From Takakia lepidozioides (taxonomy: Eukaryota; Plantae; Bryophyta): DNA of 64,000 bases. Below are positions 12,640 through 25,649 of the stretch, piece after piece. Below the pieces are notes generated by a model. That model was not told where the DNA came from. It made no database searches and was given only the letters and a program-made list of their open reading frames with translations. Where the stretch lies: assembly GCA_030704615.1 (NCBI GenBank), contig CM060734.1:21638001-21702000 (forward strand), given 5' to 3'. Position numbers and translations under genes: made by a program. Within the stretch, counting starts at the first letter, position 1. The number at the start of each line of letters is the position of its first letter.

Positions 12640-15600
12640 TCAGTCACTAGAACTATCCCCTGAAACTTGTGCAGTATTATCGACGTAAACCCGAGCTCCG
12701 AGGTGCCTGAGGTGCTTCCGAGCACATGGGGGAGATAACATGAAACTTTGTTGATGAGCAATGGCCTCCGCGTAGTCGGGTAGGATGTATGAACGTGGAG
12801 GGCTGCACCACAAGTCACTGTGAAGAACAGAGACGTCGACCAAAGGAATAGCTTCCAATATCCTGCCACCCAAAGTGCCACAATTGCATTAGCTACCATG
12901 AATGAGAAAGGGCGGGCCATTTTCGTGGGAGAAATCGGATGCTAACAGAAAATCAACTTACTCACATGCGGAATTGGTGTCCAGGGCTTTGTCGTCCCCT
13001 TCGTTGATTTCCACATGCACTATACCCTCCTGTTGTTGGGCGGCAGGCGCTGGCGCTTCCAAGTTATGGAGAAGGTCACTGAAAATGTCCGCATCCCCTT
13101 CCATACCAAACAAATGCTTGCCCGCTGCCTTGCAAGCATGGTACGAAGCTCTTGCAAGACAGAGTACTGTTAGGACGATGTAACAAATTTTGCACCAAGA
13201 AGAAAACACCGCAGCAGGTTCAAGGTGAAACCTGTGCCAAGAGTGAGGTCCACGATGCGCGCCCCCGGATGGGAACAAGTCTCCACAATTGTTTGAATAA
13301 ATGTTGGGCTCTTCTCCTTGGCCCCTCTCCATGGTGTGGAATTGGACTTTCACAAGCACACATTGGAATCCACGTAATTGTAGTGCATGTCGTCCACCAC
13401 TGGAGCGAACTCATCATTGATGAAACAACCCCCATGAAGCCTGAACTCCTTCACTGCTATGGGAGTCGAAGCAGGGTGCACTCTCACGAGGCAGACGGCC
13501 TCAAAAAGGCGGGTCTATACACAAGACAACATGAAGCACATATTGGTGAATGCCCAAAAAATCATCTGGAAAGAACAGTGCTTGAAACCTCCAAAATTGA
13601 GTGTGTTGATGCACTCATTTCTGGAGGGGTGAAACTGAACTTCAAATGAAGCAGGCAAGAGAAGGTCGATTACCATTTGTCCGGGATAGTCGCCCTTTGT
13701 CAAGTACAGGCTGTTCACACCATTCCACGTTTTGATGATTTTCATCCCCGAGGCCTTGAGGTAGCTTGCAAGCTCCCGTCGACATTTCGTATTGACGGAC
13801 TGGATCATTACAAGAACCCCTGCATCCGATAAAAAAAAATTGCAAAATGAAAAGACCCACCGCCAGTACCTCTCATCAAATGCATTCCATGTTGGGCAAG
13901 TGCCTGTGGGTAGAATGTCCGGTACTGGCAGCCCATCCGGAATGTCCACAATCACCGTGTCGGCACCCCACGGTTTCTGAGCACCATTGACCCAACACTG
14001 CCCCTTCGAAACCTGAAAACAGACAGAAGGCAAAAATTAAATCACTTTCCAAAATGGAAAACATTAACATCAACAAACAGTGGGAATTGGCTTACCGACT
14101 CAAGGAATGCACACAGCTTGCCCCAAGTTCAAGAGGGTTCTCCAGTGTAACCAGATTTCTGCTCTCCATCATGGCAAGGAATGAATCATTGACAAGCTCG
14201 CATTTACATTCTCGCTGGATTCTGGATGGGTGCTCCACTGCGTCGTATGGCTCAAACTTCCCCTTGCATTTTCGTTCTTTGTTTGCAATTGGGGTCTGTG
14301 CTACCTCACCCCCCGCAGCCTCCCCTTGGGTGGCCTTCTCCTTCCCTTTGTCCTTTTGTACCCTTTCCCTTTCCCTTCCCTCTCGCAGGAGTTTTGTTGG
14401 CTGCGGGTTCCTTCTTAGCGAGGTTCCGCAAATTCCTCTCATGCAATTCCTTGTTAGTTAGAGGGGCCAACGACTCCGCATCCGTAGTCCCTGAGGATGG
14501 CAGCCGTGTACATGGTCTGACTGTTAGAGGGGTCAGACCACAAGTCGATGAAGGCAGGGTACTTACTGAGGTTTTTCCCCGGAATGAGCACGTTCTTGAT
14601 ATACCTACGAAACAAAAGAGATACACTTTTAGACATTGAAGGCAAAAAAGCATGTAGTGCGGCCCTCCCAAAATGTGTGCGTCGACGCACACAGTTTTGG
14701 GGTGCACACATACTTGATCATGAGGCAACCGAAATCCACTCACAAGTAACATATGTAAAAACAAGACAAAACAAAGGGTTCCATATGCAGAAAGATAGTC
14801 TATTCTCGGCAGAAAGATATTCCATTCAGAACTGCCAACGAAACAATGAAATCCATGATGGTGGGGAAAACACACCTGAGTTTGTGACCCTCCAAAATTG
14901 CGTGCGTTGGCGCACACAGTTTTGCATGGCCACAAGCTGCCTGTCTACTGATTGCCAAAGATAGTTTTCAAACACAAAACAAAATTAACGAACCTGTATA
15001 AGACCCTCTTCATGGCTCCCTCCGCTCCATACTGCTGGTCAAAGTCATTTGTGCGGGAGATGCCTCCATCTCGGGAAAACTCTCTGAAAAAGCAGTTGCT
15101 CCAAGTAGTGGCCTTCCACTGTCTCAAGTAATCCTCCAGAGTGTCCTTGGGCATGGTCATGGTAATTTTGTAATCATGAAGCTGTTTCTCCATCACCTTG
15201 TTTGCACAAGCTTCAATCTGCAGGGATACATATGCATGGGTTAGAGTCCATGCGTGGGAAGATATTCTCAAAATTTCAAGCAAAGAAAGTCCTAAAAAGT
15301 ACCTGGCTCCCATAGGTGGCTTTGTGCAACCATGTATCGAGAACTTGGTCGCTGAAGGGTTTGATGTGCCCAGTGTTCTTATCTCTTTCACCCCTAGGGA
15401 AGCAGTATGTATCCTTGACAGTTGGGTCGGAATTCCAAATCTCCAACCATTTCACTTTCTGGTCTGCTTCAACCGCTGCAGTTGACAACCGGTGAAGCTT
15501 TTCCTGTGTCATCTCCGGTTTGGTGTTATTGTTCCAGTGGATCCTCACCTGGTTAAGGAACTCGGGACCAAAATCAGGGTCAGCTATTCTCAGCTACTTC

Positions 15601-16722
15601 ACGAAAGCGCTCATGAGCTTCTTCCGTATCTCATTCATCGTAAACTTCATGGCTTCCACCACTCCCTTGGACGTTCTTATACCCTCCGGGTTTTTCAAAT
15701 AGTACTCTGCTTTTCCTCTCTCTCCAGCTTCAGCTATTTCTTGCTGCAAAACGTAATCCGGAATGAGATCACTTATTATTGACAATCACAACAGACAATG
15801 GAAGGCCAGAGCGATGAAATACTTACCGTGTATATGTACTCCATGAATGTTTCCCTCGTCAGCTTGTACCAGGTATCTGACATTTTTTATGTCAAGCATT
15901 TCTTGAATGACTCCGCACTCAGGATGCTTTTGAATGAATTGAGGGGCATCTGGCCGATATTCTGTATCTTGAATAGTGTGTGAAGAAGGTTCGTTGTCAC
16001 ATGGGCGGTTTCAGTTCCCCTGTCACATACAATGGTATGTCGTCAGTGAGTGCTAAAAGCGAACAGACAGTCATGGGAAAAATGCGGACAATAAAAGGTG
16101 AAGAAGACACTTACTTGTTAACGTCATGCATTGTCGTCAACAGTGCAGTGATGTTTCCCTTGGGATCCAGCACCATTGAGGCCACAGAGTAGTGCCACTC
16201 CTCCTCGGTGCTATGATATCTCTCGATCATGTTCCTCTAGGCAAGCAATCGGTGGTTGCCATCCCAGACATGAAACATCTTGCCTGAGAAAGGCTGGGTA
16301 ATGAGCCTCTTGCAAATGATAGATTCAAACTCCTCGTTTATCTGTCGCCAGATAGGATCCCAGCCTTCAACAATGGACTCGTCCACCAGCACCTCTCTGC
16401 CAACGGAGTCCGCCAAGGAGACGTAAAAAACAAATTGACCCTCTATGTACCCATGGCAAAAATCTTGTTCCATCTTTTGAATGTCATTCATGAGAGCTGG
16501 TTGAACAAAGGGCATGGAGATCAAACAGCATAGGGGTATCATTATTTTTCCCCCAAGGACGCCCATGGCCTTGATGACTTGGGTCGAATTCACTTTGGAG
16601 AAGGAAAGCAGATCTTTTGCTCTGTCTTCATATGGCCTGCCATCGTCCTCCTCCTCAACAACCACCAGTTCCTGCTCAATCACTTCGTCCTCTACCTGAG
16701 CAGCACCTTTCCTTTTCTTCGT
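12640..16722 (-). pseudogene. Spliced ParB/Srx-like domain plus beta-class DNA amino-methyltransferase gene, copy A (premature stops and frameshifts)
   Basis: Exons ~16722-16115 (VWDGNHRLLA*, W>stop at 16237-16239), 16020-15827, ~15770-15304, ~15219-14994, ~14604-14097, 14012-13674 (ADTVIVDIPDG..FLSDAGVLV), 13514-13232 (EKSPTFIQTIVETCSHPGARIVDLTLGTG), ~13151-12966 (ASYHACKAAGKHLFGMEGD) and ~12862-12640. Confidence 0.8.
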
Positions 16723-16829
16723 CTGCACTCAAAGTGATATATTTCACATGTAAAAGACTTGCCAAAAATTGCGTGCTTCAACGCACGCAATTTTCCTCCG
16801 TGAAAGATCTGCTAAGGTATTGTTGATTT

Positions 16830-17985
16830 TGTTTCATGGCAAACAGAACGTTCAATATTTGGCCAACTTCCCTTAACCCTGGGTACTTGGCCTTGGTGTA
16901 GGTGTATCCCTGGGTCCTAAAGAAACTCGTTTCTTGGAACAAATCCTCTATTTGCTATCTTGCCCTGTGCTCATCCACATTCACCTGACTAGATGGCAAC
17001 TCAAACAGTTGTTGCAAGTACTGGGGAGTAATCTCTATATCTACTCCCTTCACCTGGGTAAGTCCTAAGTTTTGAATGAATTGGATCATCAACCCCCTAT
17101 GATACAAAGACCACTCTTTGCGTAGCAACCCCTCCAAACGCAGCTCCCTCAGCAGCTGCACTGCCTGTGGCGTAGCAATTGTCTGCTTCTGTAAAATCGT
17201 GGTGCTCTTCATCCTGAGATCCTCCATCCCTCTAATTCTCTTCATCCTGGACAAACGAGAAGGCCTTGTTTGGAATAGTCGTAGGAAAGTTTGCAGGGCG
17301 TAAAGCATGAAAGTATGGTTGGCAGAGAATGGAACGGGTAAGTGAGTGTAAGCCTGTGGGGCTTGCAAATAATAGGTGAGAGAGAATGTACTCTCAACCC
17401 GTCCGTCCTTGCGCCACTGCGTAAGAAGTAAAACTAGCGTATAGTCTGTGATATCCGCCATAGCTACAAAGCTATAGCTTTGATTGCCCCTCCTGTCGAG
17501 ACACTAGTTATCCGGAGCAACCCCTACTCTTCCGCTCATAATTTTTTTAAGTTCTTGTTCTTGTTTCTTGAATGGACCCACTTGCATAGAATTCACATTT
17601 CTGATTGGTCGTTGCCTCAATGGGTAATTTCTCAATTTTACCCTCATCGGTTCACATTCCAAGTTGGAATGCCCACTAGGACTGCACATGTGGCAAAGGT
17701 CCCTCTTTGCCGGACGCGTAAAGGGTTCCGTTACCTGCCCTCTAGATGCATTAATGAGCCCGTAATTAGTTTTGGCTGACGTACCGGATAGGTATTTTGA
17801 CGGCCCTGTTTGTCTTCTTGCATAATGGCGCCCGCTAATATTGCAGTACATGCAATACGGAGTGCTTTGCTCCATTGGCCACGTGTTTGAATTCAAACAC
17901 TTTACCGTCTTCCTCTGTTCGTGTGGCATTTTCTCCAAGGTTGATTTCCAAACTGTCTTTGCACTTACCGGCCACTTTTCTGACG
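16830..17985 (-). mobile_element. LTR-retrotransposon-like fragment: zinc-knuckle (gag-like) ORF plus accessory ORF
   Basis: 17504-17938 has CHMCSPSGHSNLEC (CCHC). 16955-17461 resembles plant retroelement accessory ORFs (IEITPQYLQQLFELP). Abuts the gypsy pol fragment. Confidence 0.5.
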
Positions 17986-19168
17986 TTAACCCGCAACCAC
18001 TGAAAATAAACTCGCATCAGGCAGCTGATCGTCTACTCCCGTGGCGGGCTCTCCTGTTGATAGCCGTGACAAGTGATCTGCCACAAGTTGCAAACGGCCA
18101 GGCTTGTAAACAACTTCGAATTCAAACTCGTGCAAGATTATCATCCATCTTGCTATCCTGCCACTTATCAAATGCTTGTTCACCAGATAAATCAAAGCTT
18201 GATGATCCACATAAAACATAAACTTCATTCCCAATAGGTAATGCCTGAATTTCTTGACTGCATAAATCATTGCCAAAGCTTCTCTTTCAGTTGTGCTATA
18301 GTTCCTCTCAGCACTGTTCAACAATCTGCTAGCATAGTACACAGGTGAATCTATGTTTCATGTGACATTTTGGGCTAACACAGCTCCCAATGCTTCTTCT
18401 GAGGCATCACAGTGTACATGAAATACTACATGCCAATGAGGGTTAATCAGCACAGGTGTAGTTGTTACTGACAATGTAAGTGCTTCAAATGCCTGCTGAC
18501 ATTCAGCTGTCCATGCAAACATTGCATCCTTCTTCAAAAGCTTGCTCAATGGGGCTGCCATCTGTGCATATCGTCTGATAAACCTTCTATAATAAGTAGT
18601 TTGTCCAAGGAACCTCCTTAGACCCTTAACGTTACTTGGTGGTGGTGAGGCTTTAATAGCCTCTGTCTTTCTAGGATCCACAAGCAGTCCCTTCTTACAC
18701 ACAATGTGTCCCAGTAGTACCCCTGAGTTCACACAGAAAGTACACTTTTCTGGATTCAGACCAAGACCTCTCATCCTGCATCTGGCCAAACATAATTCCA
18801 ACTTCTACAAGTGTTCATTCTTAGAGCTGTATACACTGAAGTCATCTAAAAACACTTGCATGAAATCATCCAAATACTCATGGAAAGATTCACTTATTAC
18901 TCTAATCTGGAAAGTTGCTGGTGCATTACAAAGTCCAAAAAACATGACTTTGTATGCATAAGCATGGTCTTCTTCCGCCACTTGCACTTGGTTATACCCA
19001 CTGAAGCCATCCTTGAATGAGTACATCTCATGGCTTGCCACAGTGTCCAATACAGCTTCTGTGAATGGCAAAGGAAATGGATCTTTCTTTGTACAAGCAT
19101 TCAACTTCTTATAGTTCACGCAAACTCTCAATTTGCCATTCTTCTTGCGAACTATCACAATGGGTGAT
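17986..19168 (-). mobile_element. Ty3/gypsy pol fragment (RT plus RNase H), degenerate
   Basis: SPIVIVRKKNGKLRVCVNYKKLN, FGLCNAPATFQ, FLDD, CDASEEALGAVL and YSTTEREALAM, with frameshifts and deletions. Confidence 0.93.
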
Positions 19169-20838
19169 AGCTGTCGCAATGAAGATACCTTTCAACAGTA
19201 CAGTCAGGTTGAGGCTCAGAAGGACATGTATATCTTTGAGTTGCAGCAAACACTCACAACACGAAAGAATGAGCTTTCTGTGACTAAGAAGGCCTGGAAG
19301 GAATCCAATAATTTGTCTGCTGCCTATGTAGCTTTGGTTGAACCTCATGCGAAGCGCATGGAGGCTTTACAGCAGCAGTTGGACATGTACAGACTCAAGG
19401 AGGAGCAGGATCTCCGTGGTGCTACACAAGACATCATGGATAATCATCTGTTGCAGGAATGGTTAACACAAGGACCAGTGGAAGGGAAGACACCAAAGAA
19501 GCTCATCCAAGAGGAGATGAATGATCTCAGGCTGCAGGTGCAGAACATTGCCACAACCACTATAAACAATGTCTATAGTCGGATAGCTGAGTTGCAGGAG
19601 GATGTGGAAGGGCTGCAGACTCAAGTGGATGACTTGAGCTCCAACATTGACAAAAGGGCCTTTGTTCCTGAGGAACAACTCATGGCTACTTATCTGCACG
19701 CCAGGACTCTGATTTTCCAATCTTCATCACACGAGGTGCAGGACTTGCCAACAACAGGAGGGACAGTGGTGCCAATATCACAGCAACCACAGCAGGTCGA
19801 CACTGTTCATACCATGGCACTGCAATAATCTGAGGTTTGGGGGGATGATTCTTTTAACCCACCTAAGATTCCTGCTGCACTTGAGTACAATCGGGCTATG
19901 ATTATGCCCTTCAACCAAATTCCCATTGTTATGGATTTGGCTTGGAAACAATTCAGTCCTCCAGAGTCTTTGGCAGATTATTACCAGATCATGCGCATTT
20001 GGTTGCCAGTGGCAACTCGGACTAAGGTTCTTCTGACTAACCGACCCATTGAAGATCACCATTTTGCGAGGTACTGGTCTGAGGCAGGCACCATGCTGAA
20101 AGAATTAATTGCCTTTCAGATTGTTCATGGGTACATCTACACCAAGACCAAGGAGGTACCTAGTTTGGTCATGGGTTGTGGACTATACTATGTTGCTTGT
20201 TTCATTTCACGTTATCATGTTGAGCAGCAAAAGATGCAGATGCGATTTCAGACTTGTTCCAAGTCTGAGGATCATTGGGTGATACCTTCAATTCCATCCC
20301 ATACATATCTGTATGATGTGAAGATCATGCTGCAGAAGGATCCCCAACTTCGTTCTTGGTTCAATTTTGCTTTGGACAACTTAGCCAAAGAAAACTTGGG
20401 TCTTGACCACATTTTTTCTAAAGGACATGAAGCCAGGAAATGGTTACACTGTTCTAATGTCATTGGCACATCCCTCACCTATACAGACAAAGAGCTGCGG
20501 GAGTACACTAATTTTACTCGCAAGAGATTGATGCAAGTTTTAAAGTTTAACCTTCCAGACATGGTGGGCAAACACTGTATGCCCCGCAGGATTCATGAGA
20601 CGCCACAGAAGGTCAGAGTACCGAAAGGAAACCGGGGGGACGATGATTCTGATACTACTGGTTCTATGGAGGAACCTTTTGACATGGCTGAGGACTATGC
20701 AATACAGATGGCGGAGAAGAAACGACGGGGATCTCCTATGCTTGAGAAGTTACCTCCTTATCAGCCAAAGGAAGGGTAGTCAATTGTATTTGGTGGACAG
20801 TCATCTCCACCAGCCAACGACAGGGCTAGGGCTCGCAC
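19133..20838 (+). pseudogene. Long unknown coiled-coil-rich ORF with one internal stop, probably a retroelement accessory ORF
   Basis: ORFs 19133-19828 and 19898-20779 are in the same frame, separated by a single TAA. Heptad-rich N-half, intronless, cut by element B shortly downstream. Confidence 0.5.
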
Positions 20839-21473
20839 GGGGGATGCTAGAGTGTGAGCCTAGCCACGTGAGCCCAGGAGCCTGGCGTGAGCCCAGGACA
20901 CGTGGCATGATTTTGGGAAAGATGCGGCGTCTATTTCCGTGGAAGAGGATCCATTACCGCAGAAACACGTCTTCATCCATATTAACCCTGCAACCCCAAA
21001 CAGAAACCCTAACCCTTGTCAGCCTTAGGGACCCACCTCAACCCCGACAGTGAACCTCGCCATCCCGCCCCTGTGCATGATACTGCGCACTGACATCATC
21101 CATGGGACCATCCATGCATGCAACATTCATCCACAGTGTACATCCAATCGGGGTTTATCCATCCAAAAACATTCATCCTTCATCCATCCAACCAAATATT
21201 GGTGTGAGGGCATATGTCGAATGACTGTCTACTGGACTATGCACATATTCATCTCTGTTGAAAAGTTTTATTGAATGCACACGGTTGAATTGGAGAGCAA
21301 TGTTTAGAAGAAAAACACTTTCAAATTCGCAGGACGCGGGGGAGAGAATGTTTCAATTCAGGGATGTGAATTTCATTGTAGTCCGTGCTCATTACAACGG
21401 ATGGTGGGAAGAGAAATGGTGGTGCAACGGAAAACGGAGAGTGTGTCCCCTCATGTTCCATAAATGAATGCCC

Positions 21474-23322
21474 TCAAGTACATCCGTAGGTGGTGTCAAC
21501 ACTGCTACTGCTACCACTTGAATCTGTTGAACTGCTAGAAGTACTGCTACAACCTGAAACTGCTGCACTATCATCTATGAAGACCTTTGCGCGGAGGTGC
21601 CTGAGCGTCTTCCTGGAACTCCAATGCAAGGGTAGGGGAGAAAGCTTAGGGAACAAGAGATAGTCGCCCTAATGATTGTCATAAAGTAACAATCAGGAAA
21701 TCTTATATCAACCTTTTAGTGTTTACCCACCCCTTGTTTTGGGTAAAACATGTGTACAAAACCAAAGGGGGCAAGTATTGAGACTTAGGTAATGAAGTCT
21801 GGCAGGGGTTTACCACCTGGTTATATTCAGACAAAACATCTACCAGCAGCATATCATAATTGGGTATTTTTTTATGGTGCTATAAAGAGCAAAGCCATAA
21901 CCAGGAGAAACATAGAAACATTTGAGCCAAAGAAATGGAACTCATTCTTATCGTAAGGTATCTAAATCTGACATAAGGCATCGGCTACAGGGGACCGGCA
22001 AACAAGAGTAATGTGCATTGACCGGATCATGTATTAGGTGTACACGTCTACTCCAGCAAGCTGTCTTACCGAGGCCTAGCTCAAAATTTCAGCATTCATA
22101 AGCCCTATAGATGTTCTATGCTTATCTCAGGTACCTTCAAGGATGCCTTACTCTCCATGCCCAATTAGCCAACATATTTTTGCTTGCACACGAGCAATGC
22201 CTTTTGCGTAATCGGGAATGACATAATTAGGAGTGGGCTCCAAGACAAGTCCCTCAAGTATATGGAAAACAGGGGCCACAGGAGTGCGTTCACATTCCTG
22301 CAATCAGAAATGCACCATTTGGGTAACAATCAGACAACAGAAGGGGACGTGACAGAGCATATACACAGGGATCAAATAGACAGAAAATGAACTTACTCAC
22401 ATGAAAAGTCATTGTCCAGGTCCTTGTCGTCTCTGTCGAGGATATCAATTTGCGCAGTGACATCCTTGACATTGGAGGTAGACGCGCCCCCTTGCAACTC
22501 GGCAAAGAGGCCAGTGAAAATATCTGCATCTCCTTCCATACCAAACAAGTGTCTGCCACCTGCCTTGCAAACATGGTAAAAAACGCCTGCAAGAGACAGA
22601 TTGAAGGAATTAGAGTTTTAGAATATTGAGTAAAGAAGGTGCAGAAGAAAATAAATCGATGGCAAAGGCAAGAAGAGAAACCTGTGCCGAGAGTGAGATC
22701 TATGATGCGGGCCCCTGGCCGAGAACAACTCTCAATGATCGTTTGGATAAAAGCCGGGCTTTTTTCACGGGCCCCTCTCCAAGGAGTTCCATTTGGCTTT
22801 CGCAAACATACGTTGGAGTCGACATAGTTGTAGTGCATGTCGTCGACGATAGGATCGAACCTCTCGTTTATGAAACATCCTCCCCCATGAAGCTCGAACT
22901 CCACCACTGTGGTGGGAGTCAACAGTGGATGTACCCTCACGAGACACACGGCCTCAAATAGACGGGTCTGCGATGAAGAGGACAATAATTAGTGAGGAAT
23001 GTTTCATAGCACATCTGGGTGGGAGTGCAGACCCATTCTGGATGGAATTGGTTCAGAGTCATTGCTCATGCACCGCCATAACTGAGTGCGCTGAAGCACT
23101 CAATTCAGGCAGTGCAAACAACATGACTTCATAACAATCAGTACAGTGGAACTTCAACAGAGAAGGCATAAAAACAAAGTATTTGAAACCCACCTTCTGC
23201 CCTGGGCAATCCAGATATAGGCTGTTGACACAGTTCCATGTCTTGATAATCCGCATCCCCGAGGCTTTCAAGTAGCTTGCCAACTCCCGGCGACATCTCA
23301 TCGTGACAGATTGTATGATACC
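21474..23322 (-). pseudogene. Beta-class DNA amino-MTase gene, copy B (5'-truncated, last exon interrupted)
   Basis: RELASYLKASGM; TRLFEAVCLVRVHP..REKSPAFIQTIIESCSRPGARIIDLTLGTG; next exon RHLFGMEGD. The last exon (YVIPDYA..KVFIDDSA) is split by a ~0.5-kb insertion. Confidence 0.8.
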
Positions 23323-24049
23323 CATTTTTTTTATTTTTTTTTTATTTTTTTGGTTCCCTCCCCCCCCCGGGAGAACTGAGTGCGTCAACGCACTCAATTT
23401 CTTCATGATCATGATTTCAGGATGATCATCGACGAGAGGTGCGGGTCCGGATTTTCACCCCGGGTACCCGGCGGGTTTTGGGGGAAACCCCCCCCCCCCC
23501 CCCCCCCGAGAACTGAGTGCGTCAACACATCAATTTTTTCATGATCATGATTTCAGGATGATCATTGACGAACTGGAGATTGGCAAGTTGGAGGACGTCG
23601 GCTTTCGTCTGCTCTAGGAAAGAGAGGGAAATGGGTTCCCTGCAAGCATCTTTACTACATCTTTTTGTGCATGATGTATTGTGATCCCAAAAGAGACCAA
23701 ATCATTCACCAGGCGACACTAGGTCCTGGTGAGGTACAGACACTTTTGCAGTGAGACATTGGCAATATCGAGTAGTGTTGCATATGTTGCGATTTTTCGC
23801 AATGTCGGAAAGGGCTGCCTTGTTTGTAGAACATGTATACACAGTTCTTAAATCTAGACAAGCAGGCGATGTCTCGTCATGAAAGGTAGTTTATTTTTTC
23901 ATCGGGTTTGGTTAACGAGCCTCTAAAATTGAGTGCGTCAACGCATACCACTTCTGCCCCCACCCCCAATATTGCCCCGGGCCAAGGGCAAAAAAAAAAA
24001 AAAACCATTTTTGTTCGAGGGCCTGCCAAACATGGACAAGTGTCAGTAT

Positions 24050-25450
24050 GAAAGCTCATTTTATTTTTTCACGGCCTCTACAGAAGCATTGCATAAATGA
24101 GCTTCATGATGACCATCCGTTTTTTTTTCCACTTCTTCTTGAATAACAGGCACCTGAACAAGTTTCACAATGACAGCTCATTTGTTTTCCACGTCCTCTA
24201 TACAAACAAACCCTAAATAAGCATTCATGATGACCATATGATTTTTTTTCACCTCTTCTTCAATAACAGAAACCTGAAGAAGTTTGACAATGATAGAGCT
24301 CAAGTTTTTTTTTCACCTCTTCTTCACAAACAAACCCTAATTTATTCATGATGACATCTGATTTTTATTCACCTCTTTTTCATTAACAGAAACCTGAACA
24401 AGATTGACAATGATAGAGCTCAATTTTTTTCACCTCTTCTTCACAAACAAACCTTAAATAAGCATTCATGATGACCATCTAATATTTTTTTCACCTCTTT
24501 TTCAATAACAGAAACCTGAAGAAGTTTGACAATGGTAGAGCTCAAGTTTCTTCACAAACAATCCCTAATTTATTCCCTAAATAAGCATTCATGATGACCA
24601 TCTGGTTTTTTTTTCACCTTTTCTTCAATAACAGAAACCTGAAGAAGTTTGACAATGATAGAGCTCAACTTTTTTTTTCACCTCTTCTTCACAAACAAAC
24701 CATAAATAAGCATTCATGATGACCATCTAATATTTTTTTCACCTCTTCTTCAATAACATAAACCTTAACAAATTTGAGAATGAGAGCTCAATTTTTTCAC
24801 CTCTTCTTCACAAACAAACCCTAAATAAACATTCATAATGACCATCTGATTTCTTTTTTCACCTCTTCTTCAATAACAGAAACCTGAACAAGTTTGACAA
24901 TGATAGAGCTTAATTTTTTTTTTCACCTCTTCTTCAATAACAGAATCCTAAACAAGTTTCACAAGGATAGCTCAATGTTTTATTTACCTCTTCTTCACAA
25001 AGACACCCTAAATAAGCAATCACAATGACCATGTTTTTTTTTTTCACCTCATCCTCAATAACACAAACATGAACAAGTTCCACAATAAACCGCTCATTTT
25101 GTTACACATCTTCACAAACAAAGCCTAAATAAGCTTGAAGATGGCCACCTGTTTAATTTTCACCTCATCTATATTAACAAAAACCATTGTCTGTTTCACA
25201 ATGAGGGGTCATATTTTGGGGCCTGTTCTTGCCCATCCTCATTATTTTTAACCTCTCCTTCAATATTTCATCCATCCATCATCCATCCACCATGGATGAA
25301 ATACTGGAAACGACAGATAGCTTGACAATGAGCATCCAAACTTTTCTTGCCTCTTGTTCATGCAAGAATCCCTAAGTAAGATTCATGATGACTCACCCAA
25401 CCTTTTTTTTTCACCTCTTCTTCAATAAGAAAACCTCAGTAAGTTTCACA
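24050..25450. repeat. Subterminal tandem array of ~120-bp units, each a dimer of related ~60-bp subunits
   Basis: Alternating TTCACCTCTTCTTCAATAACAGAAACCTGAA.. and TTCACCTCTTCTTCACAAACAAACCCTAAATAAGCATTCATGATGACCAT subunits; about 9-10 units, decaying at the edges. Confidence 0.9.
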
Positions 25451-25649
25451 ATGACCATTCCATTCTTTCTATACCTCTTTTTTTAAGCGCTATAACTGCT
25501 TCCACGACAATAGGACCCTCTCTAAACAGAGGACTCGGGTATGGGGCCTGCTTTTTCCTCCACTAAACCCCTGGGCTCACACTTAGAGGGCAAAGCGTGA
25601 GCCGAGCTCCTGGGCTCACGCGGCTAGGCTCACGCCGTAGCTGCACTCA

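Larger units (their letters stand above)
11051..16820 (-). mobile_element. Element A: putative DNA transposon carrying the ParB-MTase gene; far end replaced by gypsy-like sequence
   Basis: Abrupt junction inside PPR coding sequence at GGGGGATGCTTCTGCGTGAGC. The same terminus type occurs at 20839 and, inverted, at ~27921. No transposase seen in the window. Confidence 0.6.
13591..23947. repeat. Dispersed ~28-bp palindrome, consensus AAAATTG(A/C/T)GTGCGT(CG/CA/TG)ACGCAC(T/G/A)CAATTTT, 8 copies in elements A and B
   Basis: Copies at 13591-13624, 14668-14700 (perfect 20-bp core TGTGTGCGTCGACGCACACA at 14674-14693), 14892-14924, 16765-16794, 23080-23105, 23374-23400, 23511-23537 and 23925-23947. 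Confidence 0.85.
20839..25648 (-). mobile_element. Element B: internally deleted member of the MTase-carrying family, with imperfect terminal inverted repeats
   Basis: Left end GCTAGAGTGTGAGCCTAGCCACGTGAGCCCAGGAGC matches the reverse complement of ~25606-25642 (GCTACGGCGTGAGCCTAGCCGCGTGAGCCCAGGAGC). No TSD identified. Confidence 0.65.

Noticed and set aside
21660-22174. Solo LTR within the last exon of MTase copy B
   Set aside because: It starts TGTTGG on the minus strand, but no matching CA end or TSD was found; left as an unclassified insertion.
24050-25450. CRISPR-like or telomeric array (contains AAACCCTAA)
   Set aside because: There are no unique spacers and no cas genes. The telomere-like heptamer occurs singly within a longer tandem unit.
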